A stretch of DNA of 32,806 nt from an uncultured Muribaculaceae bacterium (GTDB taxonomy: Bacteria > Bacillota_I > Bacilli_A > RF39 > UBA660), in NCBI GenBank assembly GCA_964404455.1, contig CAYOJY010000002.1, positions 1-32,806 of the forward strand, in the 5' to 3' direction. Shown here in pieces: positions 25,902 through 32,806 of this stretch; the first letter of the stretch is position 1; the number at the start of each line of letters is the position of its first letter. Both the position numbers and the translations under genes were made by a program. The notes under the pieces are model-generated. The model was given only the letters and a program-made list of their open reading frames with translations. It ran no database searches and was not told where the DNA came from.

Positions 25902-25935
25902 TTATGAGGCAATTATAAAAAGAAAGTGAGGAAAA

Positions 25936-26142
25936 ATGAAAAAAAGCATATTAACCCCAAGAGAAAAACAAGTATTTGAGTTATTAATTATAAATAAATC
26001 TACAAAAGAAATTGGAAAACTATTAAATATAAGCGAAAAAACTGTTCGCAATCACATATCAAATACAATGCAAAAATTGGAAGTAAAAGGAAGATCGCAA
26101 GCTATAATTGAATTACTTAAATTAGGTGAATTAAAATTATAG
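25936..26142 (+). CDS. gerE: LuxR-type HTH sporulation regulator GerE
   Basis: [63 protein letters not shown] is nearly colinear with B. subtilis GerE ([63 protein letters not shown]). Confidence 0.9.
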   Translation: [68 protein letters not shown]

Positions 26143-26158
26143 ACTTCGGTCTTTTTTG
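26141..26158 (+). terminator. Short AGAC-UUCG-GUCU hairpin followed by a T-run after gerE
   Basis: A 4-bp stem with a UUCG tetraloop followed by TTTTTT, overlapping the gerE stop. It is marginal as a terminator. Confidence 0.3.
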
Positions 26159-26203
26159 GTGATATAAAAAAGTTTTTAAAATATAATTTAATAGGGTGTG
26201 CTA

Positions 26204-27109
26204 ATGCTAAAAGAAAGTGCTTTTAAAAGAATATTTATAGCCACATTGGCTTTATTTACATTAATATTTTTATATTTATTTCCTATTAAAAATAATAATG
26301 AAGTTAATGAATCAATTACTTATATTAATGCCATAAAAATGCCAATATATTTAATTGATGAAAATAATTATGTAGCTAGAGTTCATATTTTAAAAAATAG
26401 TGAAAATATTAATGATAATATTAAAGAAATAATTAAAAATTTAACTATTAATGAAAAAAACGAAGATTATTTACCTGAGGGTTTTAAAGCTATAATACCA
26501 TCAAATACTAAAATAAATAGTTTTTCTTTAAATAATGGTTTATTAAAATTAGATTTTTCCAAAGAATTTTTAAACATAAGCAAAAATAAAGAAGTTAAAT
26601 TAATAGAAACTTTAATATTTTCTTTAACTGAACTTAAGGAAGTTAAAAAAATTATGATTTTTATTGATGGTGAAAAACTAAATAAATTACCTCATAGTAA
26701 AATTTATTTACCAGAAAATCTAGATAAATCTTTTGGAATAAACAAAGTATATGAATTAAATTCTTTTAAAAACATTGTTCAAACAACGACATATTATATT
26801 GCTAAAAATACTGATGAAACTTATTATATTCCAATTTCAAAATATAGTAATGATAGTAATGAAAAAGTAGAAATAATTATCAAAAATTTAAAATCATCGC
26901 CTATTAATCAAACTAATTTAATTAGTTATTTAAAAGCATCTGCTTCATTAAAATCTTATCAAATATTAGAAGAAGGTATTATACTCAGCTTTGATAATAA
27001 CTTAATTGCTGATTTATCCAATAAAAACATTATTGAAGAAGTAAAGTATTCAATTTATTTATCTTTAAGAGATACATATAACATTGAATCTGTTAGTTTT
27101 AATATATAA
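26204..27109 (+). CDS. gerM: GerMN-domain protein (GerM-like germination/sporulation lipoprotein)
   Basis: An N-terminal signal/anchor, then two repeats with the GerMN pattern (LLKLDFSKEFLNISKNKEVKLIETLIFSLTELKEVKKIMIFIDGEKL). The start is set at the ATG at 26204 (AGGGTG RBS) rather than the GTG at 26198. Confidence 0.6.
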   Translation: MLKESAFKRIFIATLALFTLIFLYLFPIKNNNEVNESITYINAIKMPIYLIDENNYVARVHILKNSENINDNIKEIIKNLTINEKNEDYLPEGFKAIIPSNTKINSFSLNNGLLKLDFSKEFLNISKNKEVKLIETLIFSLTELKEVKKIMIFIDGEKLNKLPHSKIYLPENLDKSFGINKVYELNSFKNIVQTTTYYIAKNTDETYYIPISKYSNDSNEKVEIIIKNLKSSPINQTNLISYLKASASLKSYQILEEGIILSFDNNLIADLSNKNIIEEVKYSIYLSLRDTYNIESVSFNI

Positions 27110-27112
27110 AAA

Positions 27113-27141
27113 TTGACAAAAGCCAAATAAATATATATAAT
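27113..27141 (+). promoter_or_regulatory. Consensus sigma-A promoter of rpsD (TTGACA-17 nt-TATAAT)
   Basis: Both hexamers match the consensus perfectly, with an exact 17-nt spacer. Read directly. Confidence 0.65.
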
Positions 27142-27287
27142 AATTATGATGTTTTTGGCAGGATTTATATTTGGTAATAAAGTGTTTATTGAAAAATAAA
27201 GTAATTAGGACTGCCCTAGTGAAATTAAATAAACTCCCTATTATTCAAAATAAACAATTAGCTTTAAATATTAAGAAAGGAGAACAA
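27142..27287 (+). promoter_or_regulatory. Long 5' leader of rpsD, a candidate S4 autoregulatory leader
   Basis: About 140 nt separate the promoter from the RBS. GGCAGG (about 27157) and CTGCC (about 27213) are complementary over a long range. B. subtilis rpsD is known to be autoregulated through its leader. No structural model was verified here. Confidence 0.35.
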
Positions 27288-27890
27288 ATGGCAAGATATA
27301 CTGGACCAGCTTATAAAAAATCAAGAAGATTAGGTTTTTCTACTTTAGAAAACGGAAAAGAATTAGCTAAAAAACCTTATCCCCCAGGAGCTCATGGACA
27401 AGATCGTAAACGTAAACTTAATGACTATGGAATTCAGCTTCAAGAAAAACAAAAAGTGCGAATTATGTATGGCTTAACTGAAAAACAATTTAAAAAGACA
27501 TTTGAAAAAGCTGCTAAAATGAAAGGTATTGCCGGGGAAAATTTATTAACTTTATTAGAGTCTAGATTAGATAATTTAGTTTATCGCATGGGTTTGGCTA
27601 GAACCAGACGCTCATCAAGACAAATAGTTAACCACGGTCATATTTTAGTAAATGGAAAAAAAGTAGATATACCATCATATACGTGTAAAATTGGCGATGT
27701 TATTTCCGTTAAAGAACAATCTCTTAATCATCCGGCAATAATTGATGCGTTAGAAGTAACGGTTTCAAACCCCGCTTTTGTGGAATTTGATAAGAAAAAG
27801 TTAATTGGTAAATATATTAGATTACCAGAAAGAAACGAATTAAATGCCGAAGTTAATGAACAATTAATTGTTGAATTTTACAATAGATAA
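27288..27890 (+). CDS. rpsD: 30S ribosomal protein S4
   Basis: [18 protein letters not shown]..., 200 aa, with an S4 RNA-binding domain ([42 protein letters not shown]). AAGGAGA RBS. The track ORF begins far upstream at a non-ATG codon. Confidence 0.95.
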   Translation: MARYTGPAYKKSRRLGFSTLENGKELAKKPYPPGAHGQDRKRKLNDYGIQLQEKQKVRIMYGLTEKQFKKTFEKAAKMKGIAGENLLTLLESRLDNLVYRMGLARTRRSSRQIVNHGHILVNGKKVDIPSYTCKIGDVISVKEQSLNHPAIIDALEVTVSNPAFVEFDKKKLIGKYIRLPERNELNAEVNEQLIVEFYNR

Positions 27891-27918
27891 AAAAAAGATA
27901 TTTAAACTAAAAAATACC

Positions 27919-27943
27919 AAAACTGCAAGTAAATTGCAGTTTT
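27919..27943. terminator. Bidirectional terminator between the convergent rpsD and M16 peptidase genes (AAAACTGCA-agtaaat-TGCAGTTTT)
   Basis: A 9-bp inverted repeat flanked by A-runs and T-runs on both sides. Confidence 0.6.
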
Positions 27944-29221
27944 TTAATTATTTTCATGAGGATCCATCACAAAAATAGAAATATTATTAGTTTTTAAATA
28001 AGCTATCATTTTATTTAATTTTACATAATCAATTTTTTCATATTCTTCTTTAATATTGTCAATAATTTTATTATAAGTAATAATATTATTCTGAATTATA
28101 TAATTAACTTTTTCGACCCCTTCAAAATTTAAAATTAAATAAGCAATTTGGGCTTTTTGTTTACGTTTTACTTCATCTTCTGTTACTTCTAATTTTTTTA
28201 ATTTTTCTTTAATTAATTTAATAATTTCTTCTTTAAATCTAGTTTCAAATGATATAACTATTATAACATAATCATCGTATATATTGCCACTAGCAGATAA
28301 GGATGTAACTAAATTATTTTCTAATAAAAAATCGTTAAATTCACTGGTTAAGCCAAAATTAATATTTAAAATTAATGATAAAAATATTCTGATTTCCAAA
28401 TCACTTAAATTTTTAAATTTTGCTTTAGAAATTTTTAAACCTACTTTAACTTTGGGCGCAACTATATTTGCTTTAATTTCTTTATATTTTTCATTTACTT
28501 TTTCTTTTTCTTTAATCTTAGTTATTTTAGATTTTTTAAAAATATCAAATTCTTTAGTTGCTTGATTTTGTTTTACTATTTCAAACATTTCATGAGGATT
28601 AAAATTACCAGTTATACATAAAAACATATTTTCCGGATGATAAAAACTATCAAATACATTTTTTACATCTTCAATCGTTATTTTTTTTATATTTTCAATA
28701 TTTCCAATTATCAAATTTCGATAATTGGATTTTTCAAATAAATTTTTAAAAATACCAAAATAATTTACTAAATTAGAATCATCTTCACCCATTTTTTCTT
28801 CTTCAACAATAATTCCTTTTTCTTTAGCTATCATTTTTTGAGTAAAATATGGAGTTTGCACAAAATCCAGCAAATGATTTATGTTTTCTTCTATTTTATC
28901 CATCGCATAAACGTGATAACATGTATATTCAAAAGTGGTAAAAGCATTAACTTCAGCTCCATTTTTATAAAAAAAATCATGAGCAGTCGTTCCGTCTTTT
29001 TCATTAAATTTAATATGTTCTAAAAAATGAGCTACACCCTCAGGTGTTTTAATTCTTTTATTATTAACATTAAAATCAGTATGAATTGAACCATATTTAA
29101 TTGATAAACTCATAAATACCGAATTAATTTTATCATTAACCCACATATAGACATCTAATCCGTTGGCGCATTTCCCATAATAAACAATCTCATCTAAACC
29201 TTTTATATTAATTTCTTTCAT
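27944..29221 (-). CDS. M16-family zinc peptidase (insulinase-like), active-site-bearing subunit
   Basis: The inverted zinc motif HFLEH (GVAHFLEHIKF) with a downstream NAFTTFEYTCY segment. 425 aa. Confidence 0.85.
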   Translation of the reverse strand: MKEINIKGLDEIVYYGKCANGLDVYMWVNDKINSVFMSLSIKYGSIHTDFNVNNKRIKTPEGVAHFLEHIKFNEKDGTTAHDFFYKNGAEVNAFTTFEYTCYHVYAMDKIEENINHLLDFVQTPYFTQKMIAKEKGIIVEEEKMGEDDSNLVNYFGIFKNLFEKSNYRNLIIGNIENIKKITIEDVKNVFDSFYHPENMFLCITGNFNPHEMFEIVKQNQATKEFDIFKKSKITKIKEKEKVNEKYKEIKANIVAPKVKVGLKISKAKFKNLSDLEIRIFLSLILNINFGLTSEFNDFLLENNLVTSLSASGNIYDDYVIIVISFETRFKEEIIKLIKEKLKKLEVTEDEVKRKQKAQIAYLILNFEGVEKVNYIIQNNIITYNKIIDNIKEEYEKIDYVKLNKMIAYLKTNNISIFVMDPHENN

Positions 29222-30486
29222 TTAACTACCTCACTTTTTAAGGTATAAATAGTATTAATTTTAATTTTTTTGGCAACCTCTACAATTTGTTTTTTATTTA
29301 TTTGTTTTAATAATGCCATTCTATCTTCAATAGGCGGTAAATTATCATACACATTAAAAACATAATTATTTAAAATTGAAATATTATTATCCAAAGAAAT
29401 ATTTAAAGAAAACAATAAATTATTTTTAGCATCTTCTAAATTTTCTTCACTAAAATTACCTTTAATCATCTCTTTTAAACAATTCATTATTAATTTAATT
29501 GCTTTTTTTCTCCCCGACTCATCTAAGGAAACTTGAACAATTAACAAATTATCATATTTTAAATATATACTATAAATACCATAACATAAAGAATTTTCTT
29601 CCCGAACTTTTTGATACAGTTTTGAAGATAATCCCCCACTGCCAAAAATATAATTAAAGACTTGAATATTTATATTTTTTTCTTCAATCGTTAAGCCATT
29701 TAAATTAAAAATCAAATTTAAATTAGATTGAACAAAATTAGCGTTATCAATAATTGTTAAAGGTTTTTTTCTTAATTTATTTTCAATATGTAATGAGAGC
29801 TTACTAGTTTTTATTGTTCTTAATTTAAATACTTTCGAAATAATTTTATATACCTCATCAAAATCGATATTTCCTATTAAAAATACATCACAATGATTAT
29901 TATTAATCATATTTTGATATTCTTTATATAAAGTAACTGGCGTAATGTTTTCTAATTCTTCTAAAGTTCCTAAAACTGAATAACTTGTTTTACTATCTTT
30001 ATCCATTTTTTGTAAAGCATTATTAATTGATAATTTTGTAGGATCTTCATTAATACTTTCAATACTTCTTTTCATTCTTTCTTTAATAATATTAAAAGTT
30101 TTTATTTCAAATTCATTATTAATGACTTTAGGCTTTAAAATCATTTCAAAAGGAAGCATTAATGCTTTTTCTAAATAACCTTCTTCTGAAATATAATGCG
30201 GCGCAATAAAATCATATATAAACATTGTATTAATAATCCCACCGGTTTTACTAGCTGTGCCGTAGAAAAAAGCTTTATACAATTCTTCTAATTTAATAAC
30301 AACATCTTTTCTGGTACTATATATCTTTGAACAATCTGTTAATATATCACATAAAAAAGTTTTGAAATTTAAATTTTCTTTTTTAACTTCATCTCTAAAA
30401 TGTATTTCCATATGACAAACTTTTGATTTATCAGTTTTTATTAAATGCAACTTATATGAATTTAAATCATAACTTCTGATTTCCAT
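29218..30486 (-). CDS. M16-family peptidase homologue lacking the HxxEH motif (probable non-catalytic partner)
   Basis: The size and position are the same as in the paired YmfF/YmfH-type genes, with a 4-nt overlap with the downstream M16 gene. No HxxEH was seen; only HMEIH is present. The family call rests on architecture and context. Confidence 0.65.
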   Translation of the reverse strand: MEIRSYDLNSYKLHLIKTDKSKVCHMEIHFRDEVKKENLNFKTFLCDILTDCSKIYSTRKDVVIKLEELYKAFFYGTASKTGGIINTMFIYDFIAPHYISEEGYLEKALMLPFEMILKPKVINNEFEIKTFNIIKERMKRSIESINEDPTKLSINNALQKMDKDSKTSYSVLGTLEELENITPVTLYKEYQNMINNNHCDVFLIGNIDFDEVYKIISKVFKLRTIKTSKLSLHIENKLRKKPLTIIDNANFVQSNLNLIFNLNGLTIEEKNINIQVFNYIFGSGGLSSKLYQKVREENSLCYGIYSIYLKYDNLLIVQVSLDESGRKKAIKLIMNCLKEMIKGNFSEENLEDAKNNLLFSLNISLDNNISILNNYVFNVYDNLPPIEDRMALLKQINKKQIVEVAKKIKINTIYTLKSEVVK

Positions 30487-30488
30487 TT

Positions 30489-31631
30489 TTATCCCTCTTT
30501 TTTATTATTACCATTATATTTTTCTTTATTTATTTTTTTATATTCATTCATAAAATATTCATCAGTCATACCCGCAATATAATCAATTACTATTCTAGCT
30601 GGAGTATTTTTATTATATTCTTCAGTCATATTTTTTAAATAAGAATAAAATATTGGCGAAGTCATATTTTTTCTTTCTAAAACCTTTAAATAATATTCAA
30701 ACATTTCATTAAACATTTTTTCAATGTTTTTGCGTTCTTCCTCGTTGTAGGCATAAAAATAAATATGATTATAATTAAATTTTTTTAATTCCATTATGGC
30801 ATTATAAATATTATCACTTAATTTAATATAATTTTTATCATAACTATTTTTTAAAATATCCATAATAATAGTATTAACAATTTCTTTATTATTAGTACCT
30901 AAAATTTGCGAAATATTAAAAGGAATATCTGATTTTTTTATTAAGCCTACTCTTATTCCATCCTCAATATCTCTTCCCAAATAACCAATTAAATCGCTAA
31001 TTCGAACAACACAGCCCTCTAATGTTGAGGGTCTTAATTTCAAATCTTTATTTGTATAACTTTCAAAATATTCTTTTAAAAATATCTCTTTTGTTTTTTT
31101 AACTGGAACATATATAAAATCAGCAATTTCTCCATTATGACACATAATAGCGTCTAAAACCTGATAAGTAATATTTTTACCTTGACCATAATCTTCAATA
31201 TTCATTAATATTCTAATACTGTGAATATTATGATTAAAGTACCCCTCTCCATGCTTTAAACTTAAATTATTTAAATGAATTTCTCCAACATGACCAAAAG
31301 GAATATGACCTAAATCATGACCTAAAGCTGCCGCCTCAATTAAGTCTTCATTTAAATTCAAAGCTCTACCAATAGTTCTGGCAATTTTACTAACAAATTG
31401 AACATGACTCATTCTTTTACTTAAGTGATCATTTTTTTGATATGAAAAAACTTGTGTTTTATCAATATATCTAATATAGGAAAGTGAATATATTATTCGA
31501 TCAATATCTCGGAAAAAAGGGGTTCTGATATCATCAGTTTCTTCTTTAAACCTTTCTGCCATACTATCTAAACAGGCATATTTATTCAAATTATTATTTT
31601 GCTTCATCATATTTTTTTTAATTTTTTCCAT
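30489..31631 (-). CDS. HD-domain dGTP triphosphohydrolase-like protein
   Basis: RTPFFRDIDRIIYS, then HVQFVSKIARTIG...AAALGHDLGHIPFGHVGE, the HD motif arrangement of the dGTPase family. A C-terminal DYIAGMTDEY is also present. Confidence 0.85.
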   Translation of the reverse strand: MEKIKKNMMKQNNNLNKYACLDSMAERFKEETDDIRTPFFRDIDRIIYSLSYIRYIDKTQVFSYQKNDHLSKRMSHVQFVSKIARTIGRALNLNEDLIEAAALGHDLGHIPFGHVGEIHLNNLSLKHGEGYFNHNIHSIRILMNIEDYGQGKNITYQVLDAIMCHNGEIADFIYVPVKKTKEIFLKEYFESYTNKDLKLRPSTLEGCVVRISDLIGYLGRDIEDGIRVGLIKKSDIPFNISQILGTNNKEIVNTIIMDILKNSYDKNYIKLSDNIYNAIMELKKFNYNHIYFYAYNEEERKNIEKMFNEMFEYYLKVLERKNMTSPIFYSYLKNMTEEYNKNTPARIVIDYIAGMTDEYFMNEYKKINKEKYNGNNKKEG

Positions 31632-31773
31632 AACAACTCCTACAAAAATTATATCCTATTTAATAATATTTTTAAAGACGAACTTTTTTACATACATAAA
31701 ATTCCGTAAATAAATATGACGAAATATAAATATTACTCTTTAAATTATTAATTTAATCCCATTTATTACGTTC

Positions 31774-32331
31774 TTATCTTTCAAAAGAAAACGGTACTTC
31801 ATCAAATATAGTGTATTCTTTAATAATATCCCATATAGTTTCTTCATTTGCGTGATCCATAGCCCAAGAACTCATACAAATACCATTTCCAAATATATTC
31901 CATACAATCATATATTCCATATCAATCGCATCAGGGTCTTTCATTTTAAGATACATATTTGTTAAATTAAAAATATCAAGCATTTCTGTATTTGTTTCTC
32001 TTAATATTTTCTCAATACAAAAATCTATTAAATCTTTATTTTCTTCATAAAAATAACGTATTTCTTTATTAGAAGAAAAATCAGTTAATAATTCTTTATT
32101 ATCCATCAATAAAATCAATAAAAGTATTTCATAAGTTTTAATATTTACATTTTCAATTGAATTTAGAAACAAAAGGGATAAACCTTGTCTATAAATTTCT
32201 TCATTTAATTCAAATAATTCTTCATCTGCTGATTTACAAATAAAGTCACTACATGATCCAGTTGTAAATACATATGGAATATTTTTTACTTCTACCATAT
32301 AATTTTTATCATTTTTTACTTTTATTTTCAT
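31774..32331 (-). CDS. Hypothetical acidic cytoplasmic protein (185 aa), no recognisable family
   Basis: An intact ORF with a strong RBS (CAGGGAGGTAATTA before the ATG). There is no TM segment and no motif I recognise. Confidence 0.5.
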   Translation of the reverse strand: MKIKVKNDKNYMVEVKNIPYVFTTGSCSDFICKSADEELFELNEEIYRQGLSLLFLNSIENVNIKTYEILLLILLMDNKELLTDFSSNKEIRYFYEENKDLIDFCIEKILRETNTEMLDIFNLTNMYLKMKDPDAIDMEYMIVWNIFGNGICMSSWAMDHANEETIWDIIKEYTIFDEVPFSFER

Positions 32332-32651
32332 TAATTACCTCCCTGTTTCATAATTACATTTTACCTTTTTTAAAAAGAAAAGTAAATCTTTTTAAAAAAG
32401 TTATTTTAACAGATATCAAAAATAAAAGTATTAAAAATGCTATTACTGCAACGGAAATTCACTTTAACAATTTATTAATTTTTTAGTATTTAAATAATTA
32501 TGAAAAAAAACTCATATCCATTTATAGTGTTCATTAACCCCAAAATTTTGTTTTATACTTTTCATACCACTTGTTAGATTACTTTTACCTAGTGGTTAAT
32601 AATTACGACCACAGCAAACTTTCACTGCTTAGCTAAATACCATGCATGGCA

Positions 32652-32687
32652 CAAAAAAACTCCTCAACCAATAAATTGGTTGAGGAG
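32652..32687 (-). terminator. Strong rho-independent terminator (CTCCTCAACCAA-ttt-ATTGGTTGAGGAG followed by U7 on the minus strand)
   Basis: A perfect inverted repeat of at least 10 bp, followed on the minus strand by TTTTTTT (the A-run at 32653-32659 on the plus strand). Confidence 0.7.
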
Positions 32688-32806
32688 AAGGGTTTTTCAA
32701 CCTTCTTTCTCTAAAATTTGATTTTTCGACTGCGACGAGGCGGGGCATCGTCGCATATATTCAGATTGACGACAGGGCTTTTTCTCTCGATATTAATTTA
32801 TCAAAT
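32688..32806 (-). other. Unidentified GC-rich structured element upstream of the terminator (truncated by the window edge)
   Basis: An 8-bp GC-rich hairpin, TGCGACGA-(9 nt)-TCGTCGCA, lies at 32731-32755. A second hairpin, AGAAGG/CCTTCT, abuts the terminator. The segment GGTTGA (32697-32702 on the minus strand) is complementary to the 5' arm of the terminator. Local GC content is clearly above the surroundings. Its class is not identified. Confidence 0.3.

Noticed and set aside
28284-29023. Plus-strand ORFs of 93 aa and 61 aa from the track
   Set aside because: They are antisense to the M16 peptidase gene. They are F/I/K-rich, low-complexity translations.
32274-32486. 70-aa plus-strand ORF from the track
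   Set aside because: It overlaps the start and RBS of the 185-aa minus-strand gene in antisense. It has no RBS and is low-complexity.
32741-32806. Possible tmRNA 5' end on the plus strand (GGGGCAU...GAUUGACGACAGGGC resembles GGGG...GGAUUCGACAGGG)
   Set aside because: The distance from GGGG to CGACAGGG is about 12 nt longer than in known tmRNAs. The GGGG lies in the loop of a stable hairpin. No suitable promoter is visible, and the rest of the molecule would be outside the window. It is worth a cmscan once the flank is available, but it cannot be supported here.
32700-32806. Resemblance to TPP or guanidine-I (ykkC) riboswitch fragments (CGAGAG...AAAAGCCC, AATCTGAATA...GCGACG)
   Set aside because: Only short, partial matches to remembered consensus blocks. 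The key conserved blocks (CUGAGA/ACCUGAUCUGGAUAAUGCCAGCG for TPP, GGUCCGAGAG/ACGG..GGGA for ykkC) are not present intact.
1-32806. CRISPR arrays, transposases/integrases, prophage genes and rRNA genes
   Set aside because: I saw no regularly spaced direct repeats, no recombinase-like ORFs and no rRNA-like sequence on either strand.

Overview
This is a 32.8 kb window from a strongly AT-rich, endospore-forming low-GC Firmicute (Bacillota). It is densely packed with housekeeping and sporulation genes, mostly on the minus strand, and the gene order recalls Bacillus subtilis. One block runs hup, spoIVA and der/engB. Another has spoIIP and a yqxA-like gene divergent from rpsT. A third runs rpsU, yqfC, yqfD, ybeY, dgkA, era, yqzL, recO and glyQS. 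A fourth holds sepF, divIVA, cdsA and rseP. There is one RNA gene, tRNA-Arg(CCG). I saw no CRISPR array, transposase or integrase. The one clearly accessory segment lies at about 22.46-25.26 kb, between rpsU and a solitary spoIIIAH-gerE-gerM group. It is a compact four-gene minus-strand operon: a C39-peptidase ABC exporter, a 130-aa membrane-anchored protein that looks like a coiled-coil-less HlyD/LcnD-type accessory protein, and two small ORFs missing from the ORF track (46 and 53 aa). Both small ORFs carry textbook double-glycine leaders, so they are a putative two-peptide class II bacteriocin. No immunity gene, regulator or mobility gene is visible. The exporter has no canonical start codon upstream of its catalytic cysteine. 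Other points are two further unlisted small ORFs (yqzL, and a 35-aa ORF upstream of spoIVA), a consensus sigma-A promoter with a long leader before rpsD, a sigma-K-like promoter before gerE, a near-identical palindromic terminator used twice, and an unidentified GC-rich structured element with an intrinsic terminator at the right edge.
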